Positions 1 to 8,465 of a DNA stretch of 31,953 nt are shown here, piece after piece (the first letter of the stretch is position 1; each line of letters starts with the position of its first letter). Source of the DNA: Candidatus Micrarchaeota archaeon (GTDB lineage Archaea; Micrarchaeota; Micrarchaeia; Micrarchaeales; CABMGC01); assembly GCA_027319905.1 (NCBI GenBank), contig DAHVMJ010000009.1, forward strand, positions 1-31,953. Reading direction: 5' to 3'. Below the pieces are notes generated by a model, which made no database searches, was not told the origin of the DNA, and saw only the letters and a program-made list of their open reading frames with translations. Both the position numbers and the translations under genes were made by a program.

Positions 1-50
1 CAAACGACTACAGCTCAGTGGTCGCATACGCGAGCATAGTCTTCGGCTAG
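1..50 (+). CDS. 3' end of a gene entering from the left; probably MEMO1/AmmeMemoRadiSam protein B
   Basis: The frame starting at base 3 reads NDYSSVVAYASIVFG* (TAG 48-50), resembling the typical MEMO1 C-terminus (GDxSSVVGYASIVF). Only 15 codons are visible. Confidence 0.5.
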   Translation, partial: NDYSSVVAYASIVFG

Positions 51-967
51 GGCGTTGTGTAGCTGCTTGCCCACTGGCTTGTATACGTGACACCGGTCGG
101 CACGCCGTTGTTGTTATTTCCGGAGTAGTCGTTCGCGTTTCCGTTGAGCGGCCACCAGCCCACGAGGTTCTGCAGCTTGATGGGCGAGCCGCCGATGCCT
201 TCATCGTAGAGAGCAGTAACCTCGGGACCAGAGAGGGAAGTGTTGTAGATCTGAATGTCTGCTATCGAGCCGTTTAGGTTGTCTCCGCCTCCGCTGTTGG
301 AGCCCACTAATGTGTACTCGCTTAGAGAAAGTGGCAGGTCGCCTGTTGAACAAGAAAATTGTGTACTGCCAACGTATCCTGTTAGATAAAATCCATTATA
401 TGTTAAGGCTAAAAAAGACCACGAGTTAAGAGGCAACGTGCTAAGAACGCAATTATATTGTGTGGCTCCGTTTCCCCACGCCCAAATACCAGCTTGAGCC
501 TGCGTATTCCCTCCTGAATATGTGCCTCCGCAACCGCCACCTGGACCGTTTACCGCTCTGAGTAGCACACCTGGATTTCCGCTCCCGCCCCACTGAGCTA
601 CTGCCTCTTGGCATTCGCTATTTAAGTTATCATATGCGTTTAGACGGACCCACGCGGTGACAGTTATAGATTGGGCGCTCTCTGCGATAGGAGACGCGCC
701 CAGTGTGACGTGCCCTGCGCTGTTGAAAACGCCGACATATTGTGGCAGCTCTCCGCTGCACACTCCCTCAAGGTTTACCAGCGACGCCGTGTTAGGACCG
801 TTCGGCCTGAAGACCTGACAGGCGCCGGGAGGCGCGCGAGGCGCAAAGGTGCTCGCGTTGAAGACACCAAGTTGGAATAGCGCTCCAAGCACGACTGCGA
901 TTATCAGTATGGCCCAGCCGTAGGTCATGAGGTACTCCATTGCTGACTGGAGCCTTAACCTGCGCAT
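47..967 (-). CDS. Class III signal-peptide (pilin-like) LamG/ConA-like lectin-domain surface protein, paralog 1
   Basis: N-terminus RLRL|QSAMEYLMTYGWAILIIAVVLGAL (E at +5, hydrophobic helix). LamG hallmarks ITVTAWV, WSFLALTY, GSIADIQIYNTSLS, LVGWWPLNGNANDYSG. Confidence 0.85.
   Translation of the reverse strand: MRRLRLQSAMEYLMTYGWAILIIAVVLGALFQLGVFNASTFAPRAPPGACQVFRPNGPNTASLVNLEGVCSGELPQYVGVFNSAGHVTLGASPIAESAQSITVTAWVRLNAYDNLNSECQEAVAQWGGSGNPGVLLRAVNGPGGGCGGTYSGGNTQAQAGIWAWGNGATQYNCVLSTLPLNSWSFLALTYNGFYLTGYVGSTQFSCSTGDLPLSLSEYTLVGSNSGGGDNLNGSIADIQIYNTSLSGPEVTALYDEGIGGSPIKLQNLVGWWPLNGNANDYSGNNNNGVPTGVTYTSQWASSYTTP
141..172. repeat. 32-nt exact repeat shared by LamG paralogs 1 and 3 (other copy 7205-7236), C-terminal constant region
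   Basis: CCGTTGAGCGGCCACCAGCCCACGAGGTTCTG at both positions. Confidence 0.9.
879..910. repeat. 32-nt exact repeat shared by LamG paralogs 1 and 3 (other copy 7925-7956), signal-helix region
   Basis: AGCGCTCCAAGCACGACTGCGATTATCAGTAT at both positions. Confidence 0.9.
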
Positions 968-1006
968 AATATCATTTGGTGATACCCTTTTAAGATTTTT
1001 AGTTCA

Positions 1007-1738
1007 ATGCTTCCTGATAGTATGTGGGCCTCTCTCTTGCTCCAGGGCGCTCAGAGCGCTGCTACATACGTAACAGCCGGTTCTGTGTATACTGAGAACA
1101 CGATCGTGGTGCTGATCACCATGCTCATGGTGCTGGCGCTCTCTGTGCAGATAGCAAGGAACTACTTCATGCGCATACTCAGGAAGTTCACTCTGAGGCT
1201 CGCCGCAGATATCTGGTGGCTTGTTTACATACTTCTGCGCGACGCCAGCATCTTCCTCGTTGTTTTTCTTGGATTCATACTCTTCTGGCCGGCCATATAT
1301 CAAGATTTCCCCGTCGCGGTGCCGTTCATGCCGCTTGCCATCGACTTCTACGCGATGGCGCTGGTGCTGCTTCTTGTCGTTGACACTGACGAGGTGCCGC
1401 TTTACAACAGCCTGATGACGATACTAGTGTTGATAGGCACTGTGCTATACATAACCGGTGTGGTCTTCGTCACCGAAAGCGCGGTGGCGCTTCCCGTTCT
1501 TCCGGCCACGGTCTCGGCGAGCTCTGGGAACATATGGGGCTTCTTCAACACGAACTTCAACTCGCAGAACAACCCCAACCTATCAATATACTCGTTCTAC
1601 GTCACCTTCGGAATACTCGCGCTCTGCGGCCTTGCGGCTGTGCTCTACTCGTTCAAGGGAGGCATACTCAATAGGCTGATAGAACCCAAGCCTAAGCCCA
1701 CGGTAAAGGAAACTATAAATCCTCCGCAACAGAAGTGA
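1007..1738 (+). CDS. Uncharacterised multi-pass membrane protein (about 5-6 TM helices)
   Basis: 243 aa with long hydrophobic stretches and host-like codon usage; ends 6 nt before the ferredoxin gene. Confidence 0.75.
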   Translation: MLPDSMWASLLLQGAQSAATYVTAGSVYTENTIVVLITMLMVLALSVQIARNYFMRILRKFTLRLAADIWWLVYILLRDASIFLVVFLGFILFWPAIYQDFPVAVPFMPLAIDFYAMALVLLLVVDTDEVPLYNSLMTILVLIGTVLYITGVVFVTESAVALPVLPATVSASSGNIWGFFNTNFNSQNNPNLSIYSFYVTFGILALCGLAAVLYSFKGGILNRLIEPKPKPTVKETINPPQQK

Positions 1739-1744
1739 GGCTGC

Positions 1745-2200
1745 ATGCCATTCAAGTACACCTTCGATGACAACAAATGCATACAGTGCGGTATATGCGG
1801 CGACGTCTGCCCTGTCAATGCCCTTGACTTCACTAGACCGAGGCACAAGAATGTGGAGGATGCGAGGGGACAGCCGCCAAACACCGAAGACATGACCGAA
1901 TATCCGATACAGGTTGACAAGTGCATCGGCTGCATGATCTGCCCCACGGAATGCCCGGTATCGTGCATTGAGATAATACAGGTGACGAGAGAGCCCAGGT
2001 ATCACCAGAAGCAAGGGCCAATGCTCACTGAAGAACCAACAAAGGACGATTTCTCACTGTCAAAGTATACGAAGGTCAGGCCCACCAAGGCCAAGGTGAA
2101 AGACCCCTGGGGCAATGAATGGCACTATATCCCGCACACTGGCCCGAGAGCCGCAAAGAAACCTTCGGAGGTATGGGAAAAGCACGAGGAGATGGACTGA
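1745..2200 (+). CDS. 2x[4Fe-4S] dicluster ferredoxin-domain protein with C-terminal extension
   Basis: CIQCGICGDVCP and CIGCMICPTECP motifs; GTGAGG upstream. Confidence 0.9.
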   Translation: MPFKYTFDDNKCIQCGICGDVCPVNALDFTRPRHKNVEDARGQPPNTEDMTEYPIQVDKCIGCMICPTECPVSCIEIIQVTREPRYHQKQGPMLTEEPTKDDFSLSKYTKVRPTKAKVKDPWGNEWHYIPHTGPRAAKKPSEVWEKHEEMD

Positions 2201-2204
2201 TCAT

Positions 2205-2804
2205 ATGCCAAGCGTCGTCATAGTGCACAGGTGGGGCGGCGACTCCGAGTGCGACTGGATACCATGGCTTAAAGCTGAGCTGCAAACACGCGGGGTTGCG
2301 GTCACCACTCCCGATATGCCCAACACCAATGCCCCAAAGATAGAAGAATGGGTCCCCTTCCTCGGAATTGCAGCCGCAAACGCTGACGAGAACACGTATT
2401 TCGTAGGGCACAGCATAGGCTGCCAGACTGTGGTCAGATATCTGGAAGGACTGCCTGAAGGAAAGAAAGTGGGAGGCGCGGTTCTTGTCGCAGGATACAA
2501 GGACATACTTGACCAGCTTAGCACGGCTGCGGAAAAGGAGATAATGATGCCCTGGAAGGAAGCACCGATAGACTGGGATAGGGCAAAGTCGCACGCGGGA
2601 CAGATCGTGTGCATAATATCAGACAACGACCCATATGTGCCCGTGAACGAGGCGCAGAAGTTTGGCATAGCGCTCGGCGCCAAGATTGTGATGGACAATG
2701 GCAGAGGTCACTTCAGCGACGATGACGACGTAACGCAACTGCCCGGCCTGCTGCAAGAGCTGCTCAGCATGATGGGAATGCCAGAAAAGGAGACGCTCAT
2801 TTAG
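2205..2804 (+). CDS. RBBP9/YdeN-family alpha/beta hydrolase
   Basis: HRWGG..WIPWL, GHSIG nucleophile elbow, SDNDPY, GRGHF. Start moved to ATG 2205, just after the ferredoxin stop. Confidence 0.88.
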   Translation: MPSVVIVHRWGGDSECDWIPWLKAELQTRGVAVTTPDMPNTNAPKIEEWVPFLGIAAANADENTYFVGHSIGCQTVVRYLEGLPEGKKVGGAVLVAGYKDILDQLSTAAEKEIMMPWKEAPIDWDRAKSHAGQIVCIISDNDPYVPVNEAQKFGIALGAKIVMDNGRGHFSDDDDVTQLPGLLQELLSMMGMPEKETLI

Positions 2805-3693
2805 TTACTACGGTGCAGGAATCCTTCTCCACTATCACTTCCTTCTCCGCCTGCGCCACGATTCCCTTACGTCTTTCCACCAGCGTAGGGAAAGACTCAA
2901 GCACGCCAAGACCATTGAGTTCGTTCAGCGCGCGTCTTATGCCAAACTCGGAGCTGAACTCCTTTGAGAGCCACCTTATCGCAAACGGATATGTCTTGTA
3001 GTTCTTGTCAACGCTTTCTGATATCTTCCTTGCGTCAGGGTTCCTCGGCGTGGCCTCCCCGGTCTTCTGGAATATCTGGACAGTGTCGCCGTCCACCACA
3101 AATCCCTCGCCTGTGGTGATGAAGGTCTCTACAGCGACAACCTGCCCCTCCTCGAGCCTGGTGGTGTCGCCGTTGTCGAAATTGGGTATGAAGATGCTTG
3201 CATGCAGCTCCTCTTTTTCTATCGCGTGGCCTCCCAGGTTCTTTATCGGCTGGAAGCCTTTCTTCTTCGCGAGCTGCTCGACCTCTCTGCCTATGGTATT
3301 CAGCTCCGCTCCTGCCTTTACTTTGCTAAGTGCTGCTTCAAGTGTTTCTTCTGCAGCCTCGATTAGTTTAGTGTAATTTCCGGAGAGATCCACACACGCG
3401 GCACAGTCGCCGAGCGCGTCATCCAGACGGGCACCAAGGTCTACCTTGACAATGTCGTTGTTGGTGAACTGGGTGGCATCGTTAATGGTAGCGGTGTAGT
3501 GCGCTGCGTTCTCGTTTATTGACAGGTTGACCGGAAATGCGGGCACCATGCCCTTCGAGCGTATGAACTCCTCGGCTTTCTCGCAAACATCGTACACCTT
3601 AGCGCCAATCATCACCAGGCTTTTCGCATATTGGAGCGCCTCGTACGAGACCCTGCCGACCTCCTTCAACTTTTCGTAATCGTATTCTGCCAT
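2797..3693 (-). CDS. map: Methionine aminopeptidase type II
   Basis: AFPVNLSINENAAHYT, VKVDLG, GDCA, NLGGH, AVETF, AQAEKEVIV, plus the type II helical insertion. Confidence 0.93.
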   Translation of the reverse strand: MAEYDYEKLKEVGRVSYEALQYAKSLVMIGAKVYDVCEKAEEFIRSKGMVPAFPVNLSINENAAHYTATINDATQFTNNDIVKVDLGARLDDALGDCAACVDLSGNYTKLIEAAEETLEAALSKVKAGAELNTIGREVEQLAKKKGFQPIKNLGGHAIEKEELHASIFIPNFDNGDTTRLEEGQVVAVETFITTGEGFVVDGDTVQIFQKTGEATPRNPDARKISESVDKNYKTYPFAIRWLSKEFSSEFGIRRALNELNGLGVLESFPTLVERRKGIVAQAEKEVIVEKDSCTVVTK

Positions 3694-3701
3694 CAAATCG
3701 C

Positions 3702-4589
3702 CTACGGGGCGGTATAACTACCTGCCCACTGGTTGGAGTATGAAACTCCGCTACCGCTTGCCTGCCCATTGCTGTTATTACCTGAGTAGTCGTTCGCGTT
3801 GCCGTTGAGAGGATACCAGGCCACCAGGTTTTGCAGTCTTATCGGAGCCCCACCCACACCCTCGTAATAGAGCGCATTGACCTCCGGCCCAGAGAGCGTG
3901 GTATTGTAAATTTGGAAATTAGCAACCTGCCCGTTAAGATAGTTGTTAAGGTACTTGCCTATCTGCAGCGGGCCTGGGTCGCTTGTAGAGGCACCGGCGC
4001 TGTTGCATGAACCTTGAAAGTTGTTATCCAAATACCCGGTCACTGTGTTTGAAGACGGAGAGTAAACCAGCGTGGCGAAGTACCACGCGCTCGGAGCTAT
4101 CGCGGAGGCAGAGGTAAGGACATCGCAGGGCGCCGTGCCCGCCTCGTATCTGAGTTGGGTAGGCCCTGGGAAATAGTAATCGATCCAGGTCGATGGTGAT
4201 CCACCTACCTGATCGGCTATCGCCATGCCCCCGCTCGCGCCTGGAGACACGGAGAACCACACAGTCCATGTCGCACCGTTCTGCATGTTGCTTAATGTTT
4301 GTGTGTTCGAAGCCAATATCTGCTGTGTGCTGGAGCCACCAAACACAGCGACGTACTGAGGTAACTCTCCTGTACAAACTCCTTCTAGGTTAACGTACAT
4401 TGACGACCCAGGACCGCTTGGCCTGACTACTTGGCAGGCTCCGGGCGGAGCTCTTGGAGAGAGCGTACCGGTGTTGAAGACACCGAGCTGAAACAAGGCT
4501 CCCAAAACGACTGCTATGATGAGTATGGCCCACCCGTAGGTCATCAAGTACTCCATGGCAGACTGCGAGCGCCACTTGCTGTATCTCAT
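3702..4589 (-). CDS. Class III signal-peptide LamG surface protein, paralog 2
   Basis: MRYSKWRS|QSAMEYLMTYGWAILIIAVVLGALFQLGVFN with the same C-terminal block as the other paralogs. Start reassigned to ATG 4589, downstream of a TATA box. Confidence 0.85.
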   Translation of the reverse strand: MRYSKWRSQSAMEYLMTYGWAILIIAVVLGALFQLGVFNTGTLSPRAPPGACQVVRPSGPGSSMYVNLEGVCTGELPQYVAVFGGSSTQQILASNTQTLSNMQNGATWTVWFSVSPGASGGMAIADQVGGSPSTWIDYYFPGPTQLRYEAGTAPCDVLTSASAIAPSAWYFATLVYSPSSNTVTGYLDNNFQGSCNSAGASTSDPGPLQIGKYLNNYLNGQVANFQIYNTTLSGPEVNALYYEGVGGAPIRLQNLVAWYPLNGNANDYSGNNSNGQASGSGVSYSNQWAGSYTAP

Positions 4590-4615
4590 TTTGTCATACT
4601 GCAATTGTATCAAAG

Positions 4616-4629
4616 GATAAAATGCTTTA
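4616..4629 (-). promoter_or_regulatory. BRE/TATA promoter of LamG paralog 2 (probably also drives map)
   Basis: Minus strand AAAGCATTTTTATC about 27 nt upstream of ATG 4589; resembles other promoters in the window. Confidence 0.55.
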
Positions 4630-7059
4630 CTAGAGCCGCTTCTGTGCTCCACCGCCTTTCAGTTCCTCTTCGTTTATCCCTAGTTCCTTCAGTATCTTTA
4701 GCGTTGCAGGCAGCACCTGATGGTCGATGTAGTAATCGGGATCATAGTCCTTGGCTGTCTCCTCTATCTCGGCCTTCTCGCTTATGGTGTTACCATGTTT
4801 GGTTATCACGTAGCCTATGGCTGCGCCCTCTAGCTCGTCTTTTCTCTTGGACCCGCTCTGCAATGCCTTCTTCGCTGCCGCGAGCTCCGGGCTCTTGACG
4901 TCGTAGTTGCCTATCCCTTTCCTGAGCTGCGTGTGTATCACCAGCTCGCTCATCGGCACCTTGCCGCTCCTCAGCCTGCCCACAACGTCCTTGATTATGG
5001 CCACCGCTTTCTCCTTGCTTCCCTCCTTGAGTATCGCGTCCAGCACTGCATGCTGCGTGTCCCTCGCTATCTTGGACCAGTCTCTCCTTACGAGCTCGAA
5101 ACCCTTGATCTTGAGCCTTCCCGATTCTGAAAGCATCGCGTACTTCTTCTTGGCGCCGCTGAGCGCGTTGGCTGCGCCTTTCTTGCCGACAAACACGCCG
5201 CGCGTATAGAAGTCCTCGAGCTCCAGCTCCATGGTGTTCGGCAGCGACTTGTTGACGCTCTTGAGAAAATCGTCTGCGTCCTTCTTGGTCTTGCTGCCCA
5301 TCAGCAGGAATACGCTATCGGTGTCAGAGTATAGCGCCTTGAATCCGGCTTTTTCAGCCTGCGCTATGGTGCCGAGTATGAACTGCCTGGCAAAGGCAGT
5401 TATGCTCGACGCGGCTTCTCGCGAATACCATCTTGACCTGGCATAGCCAAGATAGCCGTAGAACGCATTAGCCACTATCTTGAGGGCCGTTGACCTTGCA
5501 GCGAATGACTTGTTGTCGGGCTCTTTTTTGAAAGCTTTCTTCGCCTCCGTTCGTTCGTCTATCAGCATCTTGAGCAACTTGGGCATTAACCCGTCGCGGT
5601 CTTTCCTGAACCTTATGCCGTTAGGGGATTCGAAGAAGTCTTTGCAGTCGGTGCAGATCGTTGACGGGTCTATGTTGTGCGCGATTATTATGGACGGGTA
5701 CAGCCCGCGGAAGTCAAACACTGCAATGTTCTCGTATATCCCCGCCTCTGGCGTCTTCACATAAGCCCCTTCGTACGGATTGGCGAGCCTCATCGCTATC
5801 TCGCCCTCGTGGGGCTTGTTTGGCACCAGTTGCCTGCGTTCGTGCGCGTGGCGCATCAGCATGAACTCGACAAGCTGGCTTGTAGTTGATATGCTTGCCT
5901 CGCCGAGCGTGGTCTTTGCGACCTTTGACATTTCTACCTCAATCGGAAGGAAGAACCTGTAGAGCTCTTCTACTGCAAGCGAGTCAGCCATCGAGTATTC
6001 GGCCAATTCCTCGATGTCCTCTCCACCGCGGTCCCACTGCTGCCATATGCTTCCCTTCTCGACCATCTTCTTTTCCGAGCCGGTTATGGCCCTGTAGACC
6101 TCTGGCAGTTTGAAGTTGTTGACCTTGATCACCTTCTCCGAGGCGCCCACCACTGAAACGAACCTGGCCACATTGTAGAGATCGAGGTTTATCCTGCCAG
6201 GTATCTTCACTGCCTCTATCAGACCGTGGTGTTCCTGCTTCGCTTCCCCGTCTCCGTATCTTCCTATCTTGAACTCGAGCTTGTTCACCTCGGCCCTTTT
6301 CATCAAATACGGTATGTCGAAGTTTGAAGAGTTATAGCCGGTGACAATGTCGGGGTCTATCTTCTGTACCGCATCAACGAATTCCTGCAGCATCTCCTTC
6401 TCATTCTTGCACGTATGCACGAACTTGTGTTTGTCTATCTTCTTTGTGGTAAGCACCACTTTTTCCTTGCCGTCTGTGTAGCTGATCATGATCACCGGAT
6501 CCTTGAGTTCGTTAGGCACGCCTAAAGGATTATAGGTTTCTATGTCAAAGCCCAGGTATGTGAGCGGTAGGTCGCTTTGCTTATCTGTGCTCTCTATCTT
6601 GTCTATTACGAGCTCTCCATTCTCCTCGTGTGCCAGTACTCTGCTTATCGAAAGCGGCGAGATGTCCTTGTCTATGAGATACCTTTTCCAGAAGACGATG
6701 TCTGATTCGTAGCAGGTGCCAAACTCCGAGAATACTTCGCTCATCTTTGGCACATCTCTCGGACTTTCAAGGTAGATTCTGAACACCCTTCGTTCTTCCC
6801 TCCCCACGAGCATACGGTCCTCTTCCACAGTCCTGACTTTCACTTCCTCATTCTCTTTGGAGAGAGTCGTTATGCTTTCGAGCGGTTTCTTCTCCTGCTT
6901 CTCGCTCGCCGGTACAAGATAGAAGTAGGGGTAGAAGCCGGGATCAAGCAGGTCGTAGACCTTATCCTTTGACTTGAGAGTGAGACGGATTATGCCGCGT
7001 TTGCCTCTGAGTACATAGCTGGCATCTAGAATGACGCCCTCGAGCTCAAGATCCCCCAT
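4630..7059 (-). CDS. polB: Family B DNA polymerase with intact exonuclease and polymerase motifs, no intein
   Basis: FDIET, YNSSNFD, YSMAD; FDFRGLYPSII, KIVANAFYGY, YSDTDS; C-terminal PIP-like QKRL. Likely start is ATG 7059. Confidence 0.96.
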   Translation of the reverse strand: MGDLELEGVILDASYVLRGKRGIIRLTLKSKDKVYDLLDPGFYPYFYLVPASEKQEKKPLESITTLSKENEEVKVRTVEEDRMLVGREERRVFRIYLESPRDVPKMSEVFSEFGTCYESDIVFWKRYLIDKDISPLSISRVLAHEENGELVIDKIESTDKQSDLPLTYLGFDIETYNPLGVPNELKDPVIMISYTDGKEKVVLTTKKIDKHKFVHTCKNEKEMLQEFVDAVQKIDPDIVTGYNSSNFDIPYLMKRAEVNKLEFKIGRYGDGEAKQEHHGLIEAVKIPGRINLDLYNVARFVSVVGASEKVIKVNNFKLPEVYRAITGSEKKMVEKGSIWQQWDRGGEDIEELAEYSMADSLAVEELYRFFLPIEVEMSKVAKTTLGEASISTTSQLVEFMLMRHAHERRQLVPNKPHEGEIAMRLANPYEGAYVKTPEAGIYENIAVFDFRGLYPSIIIAHNIDPSTICTDCKDFFESPNGIRFRKDRDGLMPKLLKMLIDERTEAKKAFKKEPDNKSFAARSTALKIVANAFYGYLGYARSRWYSREAASSITAFARQFILGTIAQAEKAGFKALYSDTDSVFLLMGSKTKKDADDFLKSVNKSLPNTMELELEDFYTRGVFVGKKGAANALSGAKKKYAMLSESGRLKIKGFELVRRDWSKIARDTQHAVLDAILKEGSKEKAVAIIKDVVGRLRSGKVPMSELVIHTQLRKGIGNYDVKSPELAAAKKALQSGSKRKDELEGAAIGYVITKHGNTISEKAEIEETAKDYDPDYYIDHQVLPATLKILKELGINEEELKGGGAQKRL

Positions 7060-7096
7060 ATAATCAGCAAGATACGAAAAACAGTGGCATTTCAAG

Positions 7097-7111
7097 GATA
7101 AAAAGCGTTTC
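7097..7111 (-). promoter_or_regulatory. BRE/TATA promoter of polB
   Basis: Minus strand GAAACGCTTTTTATC, abutting the stop codon of paralog 3. Confidence 0.6.
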
Positions 7112-8007
7112 TACGGAGGTGTGTATCCGTTCGACCACTGGCTGGTATAAGATATCGCAATTGTCTGGAGGTTGTCATTGTTTCCCGAATAATCGTTGGC
7201 GTTGCCGTTGAGCGGCCACCAGCCCACGAGGTTCTGTAGCTTGAGGGGTGCACCACCGATGCCTTCATTGTATAATGCCTGGGTTTCTGCGTTCGTCAGA
7301 GTTGCGTTATATAGTTGCACATTTGCCATGTATCCTGTAAAGCTGCCGCCGGTGCCACACCGGGTTCCGAGAGCGAAAGGGTATGTTGATGACACAGGCC
7401 CCACCGTAGTTGCCGTTTGGGCGCTGCCTGCAACGAAGGAGTAGAGCTGGCCGCCATACCCTGCAAATCCGTATAGGTTTGAGTTTGTAGCGTTGTATAT
7501 AGAAGCAACAAATTCCCAACTCCCCACTTGCTCTTGAAAATTTGTTCCGCCGCCGCATTGGTTGTTACTGTCCCATAGGTCAGGGCAGAGTGTATTTGAT
7601 CCGGTCCACATCGTAAAGGCATCAAGTGCAGTACCGCATTCGCCGTATCCGTATACTCCAATCACTTGCAGGTAGGGAAAGTATATCCAGAAGGTCATGC
7701 TTCTTGGCGAGCTGCCTGTCGGGGCTCCGGGAAGGTTTATTGTATTCATGTCAGAACCGCTCGAGCTGACAAAGCTCGCAACATATTGCGGCAGCTCTCC
7801 GCTGCACACGCCTTCCAGGTTGATGAACGACGTACTGCCTATTCCATCGGGCCTGAATACCTGACATGCGCCCGGTGGCGCGCGTGGCGCGAAGGCGCCT
7901 GCATTGAAGACACCGAGCTGAAAGAGCGCTCCAAGCACGACTGCGATTATCAGTATAGCCCATCCGTAGGTCATCAGGTACTCCATCGCTGACTGCGATT
8001 TACGCAT
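7111..8007 (-). CDS. Class III signal-peptide LamG surface protein, paralog 3
   Basis: MRKS|QSAMEYLMTYGW...; SMTFWIY, WEFVASIY, GYMANVQLYNATLT, LVGWWPLNGNANDYSG. Confidence 0.85.
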   Translation of the reverse strand: MRKSQSAMEYLMTYGWAILIIAVVLGALFQLGVFNAGAFAPRAPPGACQVFRPDGIGSTSFINLEGVCSGELPQYVASFVSSSGSDMNTINLPGAPTGSSPRSMTFWIYFPYLQVIGVYGYGECGTALDAFTMWTGSNTLCPDLWDSNNQCGGGTNFQEQVGSWEFVASIYNATNSNLYGFAGYGGQLYSFVAGSAQTATTVGPVSSTYPFALGTRCGTGGSFTGYMANVQLYNATLTNAETQALYNEGIGGAPLKLQNLVGWWPLNGNANDYSGNNDNLQTIAISYTSQWSNGYTPP

Positions 8008-8035
8008 AGCCTCAGCTTGAGGTTGCGTTCAAAGA

Positions 8036-8048
8036 ATTAAAGCGTTTC
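8036..8048 (-). promoter_or_regulatory. BRE/TATA promoter of LamG paralog 3
   Basis: Minus strand GAAACGCTTTAAT about 29 nt upstream of ATG 8007. Confidence 0.55.
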
Positions 8049-8054
8049 TGCTTT

Positions 8055-8465
8055 CTACTTCTGCTGGCCTTCTTCCAGCTTCGCCCTTGTGAGAGGAAGC
8101 GGCGCTATCATACCTATAGACCACGCGAGCAGCGTGCCCCTTGATGCGCATTCGAAGTTGAGTATGTTGATCAGGTCTTCGGCGAACTTCACCGGCAGCG
8201 TCTTCTTGTTCTTCCACGCGTCGTTGATCTGCGATATCATCTCCTTCTCTTCCTTTGCGGTCACCGTTCCTTTTATCTTGAGGTCTCCGACCGATTTGTC
8301 TCCCTTTGCACCGCCTTCGTATGCTGTGGTGAAGGTGTAGGCCACCTCAACATTCTCCCCGGTAACCTTTACATTGTCGAAGTTTATGTTGAACTTCATA
8401 TTGGTTATAGGGTCTGCTACTGGCCTGTGCGCTTCAACGTCGTTTATTCCTATGCCTGTTATCAT
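8055..8465 (-). CDS. Conserved archaeal hypothetical protein (possible SecB-like beta-sheet plus helix fold)
   Basis: 136 aa with alternating beta-strand patterns followed by helices and a P-rich end. Host-like codons; TATAAATA upstream. The fold call is tentative. Confidence 0.65.
   Translation of the reverse strand: MITGIGINDVEAHRPVADPITNMKFNINFDNVKVTGENVEVAYTFTTAYEGGAKGDKSVGDLKIKGTVTAKEEKEMISQINDAWKNKKTLPVKFAEDLINILNFECASRGTLLAWSIGMIAPLPLTRAKLEEGQQK

Noticed and set aside
4590..4652. N-terminal extensions in the ORF track for paralog 2, polB, the YdeN hydrolase, the PhoU regulator and dnaK
   Set aside because: They run through promoters or upstream genes; downstream ATGs fit TATA or ribosome-binding-site spacing and family N-termini better.
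4630..7059. Intein or inactivated PolB
   Set aside because: The length is normal and all exonuclease and polymerase motifs are contiguous and intact.
47..8007. Diversity-generating retroelement acting on the LamG genes
   Set aside because: No reverse transcriptase is in the window, and differences between the repeated blocks are mostly synonymous third-position changes of all base types rather than adenine-specific.
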